Assembly: GCA_963837955.1 (NCBI GenBank)
Contig: CAWIPH010000002.1
Location: 608,001-672,000, forward strand
Length of the DNA: 64,000 bases
From: an uncultured Verrucomicrobiae bacterium
GTDB taxonomy: Bacteria > Verrucomicrobiota > Verrucomicrobiia > Chthoniobacterales > JAFAMB01
Direction of reading: 5' to 3'
This document shows positions 48,070-59,511 of this stretch, piece by piece (the first letter of the stretch is position 1; each line of letters begins with the position of its first letter). Both the position numbers and the translations under genes were made by a program. The notes below the pieces were generated by a model, which saw only the letters and a list, made by a program, of their open reading frames with translations, made no database searches and was not told where the DNA came from.

Positions 48070-50322
48070 TTACAGCTGCTGGGCGACCTTCTCCAAGTTG
48101 TAGCACTCGATGATGTCGCCGACTTCGTATTCGGTGTAATCCCCCAGTTTAATCCCACACTCAACACCGGCGCGCACCTCTTTAACATCATCCTGGAATC
48201 GACGTAGGGTCGCGATACCGCCGTCATAAATCGGTTGGCGTTTTCGGATTACACGCGCTCTGCCGGTGCGAATGATCCGGCCATCGGAAACATAGCAGCC
48301 GGCAACCGTTCCTTTGGAAAGCTCGAATACCTGGCGAACTTCTGCATGACCCACGACCGATTCCCGCAGTTCGGGATCGAGCATGCCGACCATGGCTTCT
48401 TTTACCTGATCGATCAGTTCGTAGATGATACTGTAGAGTTTGATCTGTACACCCTCGCGCTTTGCGGCGGAGGCAGCCTGGTTCTCAGTCTTAACGTTAA
48501 ATCCGATAATGACAGCGTTGGACGCGGTTGCCAAAAGCACATCCGACTCACTGATTGGGCCCACCCCAGCATGGATGATCTCCAAATCGATCTTCTTGCT
48601 CTCGATCTGATTGAGCGCTGTGCTGATCGCTTCGGCGGATCCTTGAACATCACACTTCAGAATGATCTGTAGCTGTTTCTTGCCGTCTCCCATGCTGTCA
48701 AACAGGCTTTCCAAAGTGGCCCGCTGCGGCATGGCTAGCTTCTGGCTCCGCAATTCAAGCAAGCGCTCTTCACCCAAAGTTCGAGCAGACCGCTCCGATT
48801 CCATCACGAGCAACTCGTCTCCGGCATTGGGCAACCCAGTAAAACCAAGTACCTTGATGGGTGTAGCCGGACCTGCTTCACGCACATTTTGTCCGGTATC
48901 ACCAATCAACGACTTCACTTTCCCCCAGTAACTCCCGCAGATGAACGGCTGGCCTACCTTGAGGGTGCCCATCCGAACGATGGCGGTCACGGTCGGCCCG
49001 CGGCCGGCTTCGAGTTGAGCCTCGATCACGGTAGCCCGCGCTGCTGCCGTCGGACTCGCTCTCAGTTCTAGGACTTCCGCCTGAAGAAGCATCATTTCCA
49101 GCAGATGATCGATCCCAGTCCCCTTCGTCGCGGACACCGGGCAGCAAATTGTTTCTCCGCCCCAATCTTCCGGCGTAAGCCCCCGCTCCTGGAGCTGTGT
49201 TTTCACTCGATCGAGATTGGCTGATGGCAAATCGATCTTGTTGATTGCTACGATGATCGGAACCTTGGCGGCCTTCGCGTGATTGATCGCCTCGATGGTC
49301 TGTGGCATGATGCCGTCGTCCGCGGCGACTACCAGCACGACAATGTCGGTCACGGTGGCCCCTCGGGCCCGCATCGCCGTGAACGCTTGGTGACCTGGTG
49401 TATCAAGAAACGTGATCGGTTGGCCGTTATGCACCACGCTATAAGCCGCGATGTGCTGGGTGATTCCTCCAGCTTCTCCGGCCGCCACACGCGATTTTCG
49501 GATCGCGTCCATCAATGAAGTCTTTCCATGGTCGACGTGCCCCATGAACGTGATGATCGGAGCGCGCGGCTTTAGTTCTTCCTGCGGCGGCGGTTGCGGA
49601 GCACGCGGCTCAACCACTACCACCTCGATCTTGTGGACGCCGGCGCCTTTTTCGCGCTTTTCTACCTCAAAAATGTAACCGTGTTTTTTACAGATAGCCG
49701 AGGCAATATCCGGTTCAATCGTGTGATTGATGGCCGCGAAAATGTTCATCTCCATCAAATCACTGATCACCTGGAACGGCTTGAGGCCGATCTGCTGCGC
49801 TAAATCCCGCACGATGATTGGGGGCTTCAAATGAACAATTTTGCTGTCCGGGGCGCTCGGCTCCGCAGACGGCGTTTCCGGTGCCTGCACCACTGGCGCC
49901 GCTGCTTGCACCGGTTCCGGTTCAGGTTTGACCGGCGGCTTGATAGCTGGGACCGCGGTCGGACTCGGTACCCGAATCTTTGAAATCGGCGGTAAAACCG
50001 AGCGAGTCTCCGAGTTCGCTGCAGGGTCGGATTTTTTCGGACGCTTCTCCTCGATTAATGAAACGGTCTCCGGCTTTGGCGGCGGCGGTGGAGGCGGAGC
50101 CGCCGGCTCCTTTTTGGCCGGCGGGACTTCTCTCGGCTTCGCTCTACTGATCGGAGGGACCCCCCCCTTCCTGGCTGGCTTGGATTCGGTTACCACTTTT
50201 TTGGTCTTCGGAGAAATCAGATCGGTTGTTGTCTTGCGCGCAGCGCTCTTGTGGGCTGCAGGTTCAGCCTTGGCCCCTGATTTGGGGGAGGAATCTTTGC
50301 GGGTGCTTGCGCGTGTTACCAT
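48070..50322 (-). CDS. infB: Translation initiation factor IF-2
   Basis: [19 protein letters not shown]; Pro/Lys-rich N-terminus. Confidence 0.98.
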   Translation of the reverse strand: MVTRASTRKDSSPKSGAKAEPAAHKSAARKTTTDLISPKTKKVVTESKPARKGGVPPISRAKPREVPPAKKEPAAPPPPPPPKPETVSLIEEKRPKKSDPAANSETRSVLPPISKIRVPSPTAVPAIKPPVKPEPEPVQAAAPVVQAPETPSAEPSAPDSKIVHLKPPIIVRDLAQQIGLKPFQVISDLMEMNIFAAINHTIEPDIASAICKKHGYIFEVEKREKGAGVHKIEVVVVEPRAPQPPPQEELKPRAPIITFMGHVDHGKTSLMDAIRKSRVAAGEAGGITQHIAAYSVVHNGQPITFLDTPGHQAFTAMRARGATVTDIVVLVVAADDGIMPQTIEAINHAKAAKVPIIVAINKIDLPSANLDRVKTQLQERGLTPEDWGGETICCPVSATKGTGIDHLLEMMLLQAEVLELRASPTAAARATVIEAQLEAGRGPTVTAIVRMGTLKVGQPFICGSYWGKVKSLIGDTGQNVREAGPATPIKVLGFTGLPNAGDELLVMESERSARTLGEERLLELRSQKLAMPQRATLESLFDSMGDGKKQLQIILKCDVQGSAEAISTALNQIESKKIDLEIIHAGVGPISESDVLLATASNAVIIGFNVKTENQAASAAKREGVQIKLYSIIYELIDQVKEAMVGMLDPELRESVVGHAEVRQVFELSKGTVAGCYVSDGRIIRTGRARVIRKRQPIYDGGIATLRRFQDDVKEVRAGVECGIKLGDYTEYEVGDIIECYNLEKVAQQL

Positions 50323-50364
50323 GAATGATCTGTCTCGTTAAAATTTTCATCGCTCCATCTCTCA

Positions 50365-51627
50365 TCAGATGGAAGCCATTTTTCGATCGTGCTCTTTCTT
50401 CGCCGATTCGTGAATCTGACGGGCCCGGTCGACATCCCCCTGGAGAATCTCGGCAATGTCCTTCGGATCCGTCTCGAGGATACCGTCAATACTGTTAACC
50501 CCGGCGCTTGCGAGTAATCGGGCAGTTTCTTCGTCGATATTCAGTGTTTTCGCAAGGATCGAGATTGCTTGAGCAAATTTTTGCTCGAAGGCATGCGTTA
50601 CCGATTCATCCTTCGAAATATTGATTTCCCAACCGGTCAATCGAGAGGTGAGCCGAGCATTCTGCCCGCGACGTCCGATGGCCAACGAAAGTTGGTCTTC
50701 CTCTACCGTCACCTGCACAGCGTGCCGGCCTTCATCAATCGTGATCGATTTGATTTTGGCCGGTTTCAACGCCTCAACCACGAATTCTCGGGGATCCGCG
50801 CTCCACCTGATGATATCGACTTTCTCCTGGTTCAGTTCGCGGACGATGTTCTTCACCCGAGAGCCGCGCATTCCGACACAGGCGCCAACCGGATCAACTT
50901 TCTCGTCCGCCGACCAGACAGCGATTTTGGTCCGGTACCCAGCTTCACGTGAAATCGCTTTGATTTCTACCGTCCGGTCCGCTATTTCGCTAACTTCAAC
51001 CTCAAACAACCGGCGTACAAAATTAGGGTGGCTCCGAGAGATGATGATCTCGGGTCCCCGATTCGAATTTTCCACAGCCACAACGTAGGCCCGGATCCGG
51101 TCACCGATGTTATAATCTTCGGTGGCGACCCGTTCGCGCATCGGCATGATGGCTTCGAATTTGCCGAGATCGATAATTACGTCCGAGCGATCAAATCTCC
51201 GGACCGTTCCGCTGACGATTTCTCCTGCTCGATCCTTAAATTCATCGAAAATCATCTCCTTCTCGATTTGGCGAATGCGCTGCAAGATGGCCTGACGCGC
51301 AGTCTGGGCGGCGATCCGTCCAAATCCTTCGGGCGTGACTTCAACTTCGATCACATCCCCAACATTGGCTTCCGGCTTAATCTTCTTCGCTCGCGTCAAC
51401 AGAATCTCGTCATGCACACTCTGGATATGTTCGACGACAATCAGGTTCGCCAAAGCCGTGATCTCGCCGGTTCGCGGATCAATCGTCACACGAAGGTCGC
51501 GGGCCGGGCCGACGCTCTTCTTAGCGGCAGTCAGCAAAGCGGTAGATAGTGCATCAAGCAAAACCTCGCGCTTGATGCCTTTCTCGCGCTCCATATAATC
51601 TAGCACCGCTATTAGATCACTGTTCAT
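50365..51627 (-). CDS. nusA: Transcription termination/antitermination factor NusA
   Basis: FGRIAAQTARQ, S1 and KH domains (DPVGACVGMRGSRV; LAIGRRGQNARL). Confidence 0.97.
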   Translation of the reverse strand: MNSDLIAVLDYMEREKGIKREVLLDALSTALLTAAKKSVGPARDLRVTIDPRTGEITALANLIVVEHIQSVHDEILLTRAKKIKPEANVGDVIEVEVTPEGFGRIAAQTARQAILQRIRQIEKEMIFDEFKDRAGEIVSGTVRRFDRSDVIIDLGKFEAIMPMRERVATEDYNIGDRIRAYVVAVENSNRGPEIIISRSHPNFVRRLFEVEVSEIADRTVEIKAISREAGYRTKIAVWSADEKVDPVGACVGMRGSRVKNIVRELNQEKVDIIRWSADPREFVVEALKPAKIKSITIDEGRHAVQVTVEEDQLSLAIGRRGQNARLTSRLTGWEINISKDESVTHAFEQKFAQAISILAKTLNIDEETARLLASAGVNSIDGILETDPKDIAEILQGDVDRARQIHESAKKEHDRKMASI

Positions 51628-51793
51628 AAAACAAGAAGGGACCGATCGGCCGGGAACGCCATGGTTTGCACGACGATCCGACCATTTCGGTCGAGTCGAA
51701 CAATCTAAGGCGAAAAAGTTGAGCGTCAAGCCAACCTACCCGTGCGACCCGGGAAACCGGGGCTGTTTTAACCGGTAGCCGTGGTTCTCTTGG

Positions 51794-52480
51794 ATGATTC
51801 GAACGGTCACCTTCGACGCCGCCAACACGCTGATTCGGTTGACCGCACCCCCAGGCCAAACCTACGCGGCTGTAGCTCGCCGATTTGGCGCTACCCCCGA
51901 CCCGGTCCGCTTGAACGACGCTTTCTTGCTTGCCTGGAAAGAAACGCCCCCGCTTCCAGATGAATTTGGGCCAAGAGCGGACGACGGGCGTTCTTGGTGG
52001 CGAAACCTGGTACAGGCAACGCTCACGCGAGCGGACTGCAGCGTAAATTCGTTCCCGGAGTACTTTGATGCCGTCTACCAAGAATTTACCCGTCCAGGAA
52101 TCTGGCAGTTGATGCCCGGCGTGACTGACTTGTTGAGTGCGCTCGCTCAATCTGGCATTCGCCTTGGCGTCGTTTCCAATTTCGATCGGCGGCTCTACCT
52201 CATTCTCAGGAATTTGGAGGTTCTTGACCGATTTGAGCACATCGTCGTTTCCAGCGAAGTCGGGACCGATAAACCTTCGCCGCGCATATTTGAGGAAGTG
52301 CTCAGGCGATTTCAGATATCCGCCAAAGAGGCGCTTCACGTCGGGGATGAAGACGAGGCGGATGGGGTGGGTCCTCGCGCTGTTGGAATGTTCGCCTTCG
52401 TCCTGGGAAAAGATGGCAATTTGAATGAGCTATTCTGGACGATTAGCCGGTTAGCCAGGCGGGATTTAAGCGCGGGTTGA
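51794..52480 (+). CDS. HAD-superfamily hydrolase (subfamily IA, REG-2-like)
   Basis: FDAANTL, VSNFD, KPSPRIF, HVGD. Confidence 0.88.
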   Translation: MIRTVTFDAANTLIRLTAPPGQTYAAVARRFGATPDPVRLNDAFLLAWKETPPLPDEFGPRADDGRSWWRNLVQATLTRADCSVNSFPEYFDAVYQEFTRPGIWQLMPGVTDLLSALAQSGIRLGVVSNFDRRLYLILRNLEVLDRFEHIVVSSEVGTDKPSPRIFEEVLRRFQISAKEALHVGDEDEADGVGPRAVGMFAFVLGKDGNLNELFWTISRLARRDLSAG

Positions 52481-52594
52481 TTTGGAGCACTAGTGAACCC
52501 GGTTCAAAAGGCAGCTGCGTTTCGCCTGTGCCCGAAAGACTGGTTGAGCCAAAAAAGACTAATCTTAGAGAGTTATACGAAGTTTCTCGCGAGG

Positions 52595-52618
52595 ATTGTA
52601 TACAATATTGTTGACAAT
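52595..52618. promoter_or_regulatory. Tandem GntR-type palindromic operators overlapping a TTGACA -35
   Basis: ATTGTATACAAT (52595-52606) directly followed by ATTGTTGACAAT (52607-52618). Confidence 0.7.
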
Positions 52619-52712
52619 CCGTTTTTCGATGATTCCTTTTCTACGAAAGTAAGCCCGTTCCAAGAAACGCTGAATCTCAGAAAATCCAGTCAGTTCGGGC
52701 CGAGGACGCAAC

Positions 52713-53021
52713 ATGAATCCCTATATTTGTTTGATATTAGATGCCAAGGGTGCGGAGCGACGGCTTCAGAACGTGTTCGAGACAGGTCCCGAAAGCGCAG
52801 CAGGTCATCAATCGCTGGTCGCTGCCGCAACCAGTATTTGGACCGTTAGCTTTGCTCTGGTAATTTTCGGTGTAATGAAGGCCGCGTACAGCGAGCATCC
52901 CTCGGTTTGGCTGGCGATCTGGCCAGCTCCCATCGTGCTGGTTTCAACGATTACAGTTTTCCTTCGTCAGGGCTTCCACTACCGGAACGGTGTGTTGGTG
53001 CTCGGCCGACGCGCGCATTGA
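52713..53021 (+). CDS. Small hypothetical membrane protein
   Basis: Two hydrophobic segments; lies downstream of the operator/promoter at 52595-52635. Confidence 0.45.
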   Translation: MNPYICLILDAKGAERRLQNVFETGPESAAGHQSLVAAATSIWTVSFALVIFGVMKAAYSEHPSVWLAIWPAPIVLVSTITVFLRQGFHYRNGVLVLGRRAH

Positions 53022-53177
53022 TTTTCGGTGGTCCGGAAGTCGGCCGCTAGCGTTCAAATTCGGTCCTTTTTTGTTCTTTTCGTGCGTGCACAGTGATTTT
53101 TGTTAAAACCACCAATGTCTACAAGTAATATCCTTAGGACGAAAGAGTTACATATATATATGCCATTGGTTCACTAT

Positions 53178-53189
53178 ATTGTTGACAAT
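53178..53189. promoter_or_regulatory. GntR-type operator upstream of the gntR gene
   Basis: ATTGTTGACAAT, identical to 52607-52618; a weaker variant AATGTCTACAAG lies at 53114-53125. Confidence 0.7.
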
Positions 53190-53222
53190 CTCTGCATACG
53201 ATGATTTTATTGTTGGAAGAAA

Positions 53223-53912
53223 ATGAGCGGATCCCTTACCAAGAATAGTGCATCTCAGACCCCTTCTCGTGCTGTCGACGTAGAGCGCACCGTCGCCCAA
53301 TGGATTTTCAAAGGCGAACTAACAGCTGGTCAAAAGCTCACCGAACAAGATGTGGCTCTGCGCCTCGGTGTTAGCCGCGGTCCCGTCAGAGAAGCTTTTC
53401 GCGCATTGGAAGATCTTGGTCTGGTTCAAATCGAACAGCATCGTGGAGCCTTCGTGCGCAAGATCGATTTGGACGAGGCGGTTGAAATCCATGACGTGTT
53501 CTCCGCATTGGAGGAACTTGCCGCCCGCAATGCCGCGCGCCGGCTTTCTGGTACCCAAATCGCGGAACTGAGGCCCCTCGTGGAATCGATGGATGCGGCC
53601 GCGGAAGCTGAAGATCTTGATCGATATTACTCTCTCAATCTCAGTTTCCACCAGCGGTTGGTGGAGGGGTCCGGCAACCAAAGACTTTTGAGCGTCTATA
53701 GTCGTCTGCTCAACGAACTTCATCTCTTTCGGCGCGTTGGCCTGATGCAGCGAGGAGAGATGCAACGCTCCAATCACGAGCATCATCAGATTCTCGACAA
53801 GATTGCCGCAGGTGACCCGGAGGGGGCGGCGGAGGCGATGCGGACTCACACCAGCGAACGACGCCGCAAGATGTTGTTAGGGTCGGACAGATTTGATCCC
53901 AAATCCCATTGA
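53223..53912 (+). CDS. GntR-family regulator with FCD domain
   Basis: LGVSRGPVREA winged HTH; NLSFH...SGN...EHHQI FCD motifs. Confidence 0.93.
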   Translation: MSGSLTKNSASQTPSRAVDVERTVAQWIFKGELTAGQKLTEQDVALRLGVSRGPVREAFRALEDLGLVQIEQHRGAFVRKIDLDEAVEIHDVFSALEELAARNAARRLSGTQIAELRPLVESMDAAAEAEDLDRYYSLNLSFHQRLVEGSGNQRLLSVYSRLLNELHLFRRVGLMQRGEMQRSNHEHHQILDKIAAGDPEGAAEAMRTHTSERRRKMLLGSDRFDPKSH

Positions 53913-53959
53913 TTGATGAGGGGGAGGGCCGCTCCGGCGATCCGGTTGAAAGCTTTAAA

Positions 53960-54994
53960 ATGAAAAAACGCGGACAGAAAAAAGGAAGCCTACAGAACGG
54001 GTTCATTATCGCTCTGCTTTGCTCGGTAGGGCTGGCCTTTCTCTTCCCCAGTCCCGGCGCAAGAGGAGGCTGGATGCATCCGGATCTCTTGAACAACGCG
54101 GGGATCGCCTTGATTCTCTTTTTGCAAGGCTTGGCGATGGCAGTCGAACGAATGAAAAGTGGTGCCGGTAACTGGCGTCTCCATCTAATCATTCAAGGTT
54201 TTACCTTCCTCCTATTCCCGGTCGTTGGTTTGGCATTCCACGAGATCACCCGCGTTATCTGGCCTTCCGAACCGAGCGCCCTGCGGGACGGCTTTCTGTA
54301 TCTATGTGTGTTACCATCGACGGTTTCTACATCGGTGGTTCTGACGTCGGTAGCCAAAGGTAATACCTCCGGAGCTATCTTTAATGCGGCACTCTCAAAC
54401 ATTCTGGGTGTCATGTTTACCCCGCTATTAGTGCGACTGTTGATGCAGGCGAGCGGCCAAGTCAGTTCGTTCGGCCCACTTTTACTGAAGATCACTTTGC
54501 TCACTTTGGTGCCGTTCGCGATTGGCATGGGAAGCAGGCCCTTTGTACGGGAGTGGGTCGATGCGCGCAGATCGTGGCTTAACATCCTCAGCAACGGAGT
54601 AATCTTGCTCATCGTCTATACGGCTTTCTGCGATTCCGTTGAGGGAAGAATCTGGGAGCATTACGGCATCGGACTCACGGTTAAAGTACTCACAGGCGTT
54701 ATCGTACTGTTCACCACGGTTTCCTTGTTGGTTTGGGCGGTCTCCAATGCCGCGAGACTGGAAAGAGACGATTTCATCGCCGCCCTGTTTTGTTCCGTTA
54801 AGAAAACGCTCGCAATGGGTGTTCCGCTTGCGCAACTCATTTTCGGGGCCAAGGGAAACCTGGGATTAATCCTGTTGCCCATAATGTTTTATCACCCGTT
54901 CCAGCTGTTTGTTTGCGGACTGCTGGCCAATCACTTTTCCAATCAGAAACGGGAGATCTCGGTAGGCGAGGCGTCTCCGATCGGCCAATCGTAA
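53960..54994 (+). CDS. Bile acid:sodium symporter (SBF-like) family transporter
   Basis: FFLQGL-like TM, LPSTVSTSV, GN..AIFNA, CSVKKTLAMGVP, YHPFQL; the ORF extends to 53909. Confidence 0.88.
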   Translation: MKKRGQKKGSLQNGFIIALLCSVGLAFLFPSPGARGGWMHPDLLNNAGIALILFLQGLAMAVERMKSGAGNWRLHLIIQGFTFLLFPVVGLAFHEITRVIWPSEPSALRDGFLYLCVLPSTVSTSVVLTSVAKGNTSGAIFNAALSNILGVMFTPLLVRLLMQASGQVSSFGPLLLKITLLTLVPFAIGMGSRPFVREWVDARRSWLNILSNGVILLIVYTAFCDSVEGRIWEHYGIGLTVKVLTGVIVLFTTVSLLVWAVSNAARLERDDFIAALFCSVKKTLAMGVPLAQLIFGAKGNLGLILLPIMFYHPFQLFVCGLLANHFSNQKREISVGEASPIGQS

Positions 54995-55021
54995 TTGTGC
55001 TGTTAACTCACTAAACAGAAT

Positions 55022-58000
55022 ATGTGGATCGTAAAAATCGCTCTCAAAGCTCCCTACACATTTACCGTTCTCGCGATATTGCTGATGATTGGAGGTGCCC
55101 TGAGCGCGCTGCAGATGCCGAAGGATATTTTTCCGGTAATTAACATCCCAGTCGTCGGCGTCATTTGGACGTTCAATGGCATGCCCGCTCAGGAAATGGA
55201 ACGTCGAATAACGACTGTCTCCGAGAGGGCATTGACCACGACGGTCAATAACATCGAGCATATCGAATCCAACTCTTTCAATGGTATCGATGTTATCAAG
55301 GTATACCTGCAGCCGGGTGCCAGTGTGGATGCGGCCATCGCTGAAACCACGGCGGCATGTCAGGCGATTCTTAAAACGCTGCCGGCAGGTATCACTCCAC
55401 CGAATGTGCTCAGCTACAACGCGGCCAATGTACCGGTGTTACAGCTCAGTGTCGGTGGAGGGAAGTTTTCCGAGCAGGAACTTTACGACTTTGCTACCAA
55501 TTTCATTCGTACGCAGCTCGCGACCGTACAGGGTGCATCCATTCCCCTGCCTTATGGCGGCAAAACGAGAGCTGTCTCGGTGGACCTGGACCCTAGCAAG
55601 CTGCAGGCCCATAACATCTCACCGCAAGACGTTACCGACGCAATCAATCAGCAAAGCGTAATACTACCATCCGGTACAGCGAAGATCGGTAAACGCGAGT
55701 ACGACGTCCTGTTTAATAGTAATACCGACACGATCCAGGCGTTGAATAATCTGCCGATTAAGGAGGTGAACGGCGCGACCATCTACATTCGAGATGTAGC
55801 CAACGTTCGCGACGGCTACACGCCGCAGGTGAATATGGTGCTCGCTAACGGCGTTAAGGCCTCGCTCTTACCGGTGCTGAAGAGTGGAAGTGCCTCCACG
55901 CTCGATGTGGTGTCTAAGGTCCAGGCAGCGTTACCTGGAATAGCCGCTACTTTGCCCAAGGAATTGGAGATCAAGCCACTGTTTGATCAGTCGGTTTTCG
56001 TGAGTACAGCGCTCGCTGACGTCGGACAAGAAGCAGTTATTGCCGCGTCTTTGACCGCCGCAATGATCCTCATGTTTCTGGGCTCCTGGCGAAGTACCGT
56101 GGTTGTAGCCACCTCTATCCCACTTTCGATCTGTTGCTCGATATTAGCTCTTCGGGCGATGGGCCAAACCCTGAACATTATGACCTTAGGCGGTCTGGCG
56201 TTAGCCGTGGGTATCCTGGTCGACGACGCGACTGTCACCATTGAGAATATCCATCGCAATTTGGCCATGGGAAAATCGTTAATCGATGGAATCCTGGACG
56301 GCGCCGATCAAATCGCTACACCGGCTTTCGTTGCGACCCTTTCTATCTGCATCGTCTTTGTTCCAATCTTTTTGTTAGGAGGAGTTGCCTACTACCTGTT
56401 TTCGCCTCTGGCTATGGCGGTAGTGTTTGCCATGCTGGCATCCTACATCTTGTCGCGGACGGTGGTGCCGACCATGGTGAATTTTTTGCTCAAAGACGAG
56501 CACCACTCGGAGAATCCTCAGGAAGGCAAAGTGAGCAAGCGAAACTGGTTTGCTCGCTTCCATGAAGGATTCAATCAACGATTCGAGCAGGCGCGGAACT
56601 TCTATGTTGGTAGATTGGAGTGGGCACTTAGACACGCTCGCCTAGTCGTTGGCGTTAGTCTGGGAGTCGTCGTGCTCTCACTTGTTATCCTGGTGCCATT
56701 CCTCGGTGAGGATTTCTTCCCATTAGTTGATGCGGGTCAATTTCGGTTGCATGTGCGCGCGCCGGTCGGCACTCGGATCGAGGAGACCCAGCATGTTTTT
56801 ACGCAAGTCGAGAATGTCATTCGAAGTGTAATCCCGAAGAACGAGATTGATCTGGTGCTCGCTAACATCGGTCTCCCGATGAATCTAAACCTTGCTTTGA
56901 GTGACACTGCTACGATCAGTTCTGCCGATGGAGAGATCCTGGTGTCGCTCAACCAGCAGAAGCATGGTCCGACCTGGGATTATGTTAAGAAGATCCGTCA
57001 GGAACTGATAGCTCAATACCCGAACTATACGTTTTTCGTGCAGCCCTCGGATATTGTCGGCCAAATACTGAATGCTGGGCTCCCGGCACCGATCGATGTC
57101 CAGGTGGTCGGTGGCGACCAAGAGAAGAACTACCAGATCGCCCAGCAACTCCGTCAACAGATCGCGCAGATTCCTGGAGCAGTGGACGTGAACGTCCACC
57201 AGATTGTTAATAATCCGTCTTTGTTGGTAGACATTGATCGAACTCGCGCGGATCAACTCAACCTGACAGAAAAGCAGATTGCCAATGATCTACTGGTTTC
57301 GTTAAGCGGTAGCGCACAAACCGCACCGAACTTCTGGCTGAACCCTCAGAATGGAGTGAGTTACAGCATTGCGGTGCAAACGCCGCAGTACGTGATCGAT
57401 TCAGCCGCCGATATCTATCGGACTCCTATCACCACGACGAACGGTCTTCAACCGCAACTCTTGAGTAACGTTGCTTCTATCCATAATACGGCTACACCGG
57501 TCGTGGTAAGCCATTACAATGTGCAGCGCGTCTTCGACGTCTACGCGAATACTCAAAATAGAGATTTAGGCGGGGTGGCACAACAAGTGCAAAAAATCGT
57601 CGATCAAATGAAGCCGAATCTACCGCGCGGCGCCACGCTGGCAGTTCGTGGTCAGATTCAGAGCATGAACTCTTCTTACGTCGGACTGGGGGTTGGTATC
57701 GCTTTTGCAATACTGCTGGTCTACTTCCTGTTGGTAGTTAACTTTCAGAGCTGGCTCGATCCGTTCATCATCATTACTGCCCTTCCTGGTGCGCTTACCG
57801 GCATCGTCTGGATGCTCTTTCTCACCGGCACAACCATTAGCGTGCCGGCGCTGATGGGAACGATCATGTGTATTGGTGTCGCAACCGCAAACAGTATTCT
57901 GGTGGTGACCTTCGCAAATGATCAGCTTCGTGAAGGTAAAGATGCCTTCTCGGCGGCTAAAGAAGCCGGATTCACACGTCTGCGACCCGTGATCATGACC

Positions 58001-58240
58001 GCGCTGGCAATGATCCTCGGTATGTTGCCAATGTCACTTGGATTAGGGTCCGGTGGAGAGCAAAACGCTCCTCTTGGCCGCGCGGTGATCGGAGGACTGA
58101 CCGTCGCATCACTTTTCACTCTGTTCTTCGTGCCGGTTGTTTACAAATTGTTGAAGCGGAACTTCAAACCGCGTGCACTACATCCGCGCCTGCGCTCCAG
58201 GCCAGAGGAAGAGAGTCGCGCGCCAGCCCCGGCTTCGTAG
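55022..58240 (+). CDS. RND efflux transporter, permease subunit
   Basis: 1072 aa; GILVDDATVTIENI proton-relay motif; RLRPVIMT. Confidence 0.95.
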   Translation: MWIVKIALKAPYTFTVLAILLMIGGALSALQMPKDIFPVINIPVVGVIWTFNGMPAQEMERRITTVSERALTTTVNNIEHIESNSFNGIDVIKVYLQPGASVDAAIAETTAACQAILKTLPAGITPPNVLSYNAANVPVLQLSVGGGKFSEQELYDFATNFIRTQLATVQGASIPLPYGGKTRAVSVDLDPSKLQAHNISPQDVTDAINQQSVILPSGTAKIGKREYDVLFNSNTDTIQALNNLPIKEVNGATIYIRDVANVRDGYTPQVNMVLANGVKASLLPVLKSGSASTLDVVSKVQAALPGIAATLPKELEIKPLFDQSVFVSTALADVGQEAVIAASLTAAMILMFLGSWRSTVVVATSIPLSICCSILALRAMGQTLNIMTLGGLALAVGILVDDATVTIENIHRNLAMGKSLIDGILDGADQIATPAFVATLSICIVFVPIFLLGGVAYYLFSPLAMAVVFAMLASYILSRTVVPTMVNFLLKDEHHSENPQEGKVSKRNWFARFHEGFNQRFEQARNFYVGRLEWALRHARLVVGVSLGVVVLSLVILVPFLGEDFFPLVDAGQFRLHVRAPVGTRIEETQHVFTQVENVIRSVIPKNEIDLVLANIGLPMNLNLALSDTATISSADGEILVSLNQQKHGPTWDYVKKIRQELIAQYPNYTFFVQPSDIVGQILNAGLPAPIDVQVVGGDQEKNYQIAQQLRQQIAQIPGAVDVNVHQIVNNPSLLVDIDRTRADQLNLTEKQIANDLLVSLSGSAQTAPNFWLNPQNGVSYSIAVQTPQYVIDSAADIYRTPITTTNGLQPQLLSNVASIHNTATPVVVSHYNVQRVFDVYANTQNRDLGGVAQQVQKIVDQMKPNLPRGATLAVRGQIQSMNSSYVGLGVGIAFAILLVYFLLVVNFQSWLDPFIIITALPGALTGIVWMLFLTGTTISVPALMGTIMCIGVATANSILVVTFANDQLREGKDAFSAAKEAGFTRLRPVIMTALAMILGMLPMSLGLGSGGEQNAPLGRAVIGGLTVASLFTLFFVPVVYKLLKRNFKPRALHPRLRSRPEEESRAPAPAS

Positions 58241-58269
58241 TAGAAAGTGTCCACAAAGGCAAATCCATT

Positions 58270-59511
58270 ATGAACGAAAATAATGAACCTGGTACCCCGC
58301 CGGTGACCGAACCGATGACTGAAGGACCAGAGAGGCAACGCTCCGGGCGCACCCGGCGTCCTCGTTTAATCCTGAAGACGCCAATAGCAATAGCCGCTCT
58401 CGTTGCGATTGGTGCTGGTGTCTATTTTCTAGCTATCTATCCGCGAATTCAGAATAGCCAGGAACTCAATGTAGCGGCCGCCGCAGCGGGAATGAGAGCG
58501 GTAACGGTAGTAACACCTACGCACACATCGAGTGCACCCGACCTGGTGCTTCCGGGCAATATTCAGGCGAATCAGCAGACATCCATCTATGCCCGAGTCG
58601 ATGGCTATATCGCACGATGGTATACCGATATCGGCGCACATGTAGAGCCAGGCCAAGTGCTGGCTGATATTGATGCTCCACAAATTGATGCCAATCTGCG
58701 GATGGCCCAAGCCCAACTGGAACTGGCGGAAGCTAATCTCAAGTTGGCTCAAACCAATTCAGTGCGTTCGCAACAGCTCTTCCAGAACCGGGTCAATTCC
58801 CAGCAGGAACTCGACACGGTATTGGCGACCGAGCAAGTCCAAAAAGCGACTCGGGACAACGCGGCGGCATCGCTCCAGAGCGCGCAGGATATGAAGGCGT
58901 TTGAACAGATTCGCGCGCCATTCGCCGGAACGATCACCGCGCGGTTCATTGATGTTGGATCTTTGGTTACATCAGGCAGTGTCACGACTGTCCATACGCT
59001 TTTTGACTTGGTTCAATCTGATCCGGTTCGCGTGTTGGTGCATGTCCCACAGGCGGATATTAGCAGTGTGAAACCCGGCACACCGGCTACCATCGCTGTA
59101 GATGAATATCCTAACGAGACATTTGCTGGAAAGATAGCAAGAGACGCCGGGGCATTCGATCCAACTTCGCGGACGCTTCTATTGGAGATTGACGTTCCGA
59201 ATCTGGACGGTCGGCTGTTTGCCGGCATGTACGCTCACGCCAAATTCTCACTGCCAAGCCCGACGGCAGCCCTATTGATACCGGATAACGCAATTCTGAT
59301 CGACGCAAAAGGACAGAGGATCGTCGTCGTCGATTCCTCTAACAAAATCCAAATCAAATCGGTTAAGTTGGGCCGCGACTTTGGTACCAAGACAGAGATT
59401 CTCAGTGGACTCGAAGCCCAGGACCGAGTGGTGCAGAACCCAGCTGACGATTTACATGAAGGGATGCCTGTATCGATCCAAAGCACCACGCAAGGAGCGC
59501 CCGCTAATTAG
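58270..59511 (+). CDS. RND periplasmic adaptor (membrane fusion protein)
   Basis: TM anchor, IYARVDGY, coiled coil, IRAPFAGTI, LFAGMYA. Confidence 0.93.
   Translation: MNENNEPGTPPVTEPMTEGPERQRSGRTRRPRLILKTPIAIAALVAIGAGVYFLAIYPRIQNSQELNVAAAAAGMRAVTVVTPTHTSSAPDLVLPGNIQANQQTSIYARVDGYIARWYTDIGAHVEPGQVLADIDAPQIDANLRMAQAQLELAEANLKLAQTNSVRSQQLFQNRVNSQQELDTVLATEQVQKATRDNAAASLQSAQDMKAFEQIRAPFAGTITARFIDVGSLVTSGSVTTVHTLFDLVQSDPVRVLVHVPQADISSVKPGTPATIAVDEYPNETFAGKIARDAGAFDPTSRTLLLEIDVPNLDGRLFAGMYAHAKFSLPSPTAALLIPDNAILIDAKGQRIVVVDSSNKIQIKSVKLGRDFGTKTEILSGLEAQDRVVQNPADDLHEGMPVSIQSTTQGAPAN

Noticed and set aside
49841..50322. Pro/Lys/Ala-rich low-complexity stretch
   Set aside because: It is the ordinary variable N-terminus of IF-2.
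51617..52339. 240-aa minus-strand ORF upstream of nusA, where rimP usually lies
   Set aside because: It has no RimP similarity and overlaps the well-supported HAD hydrolase on the plus strand; rimP is simply absent here.
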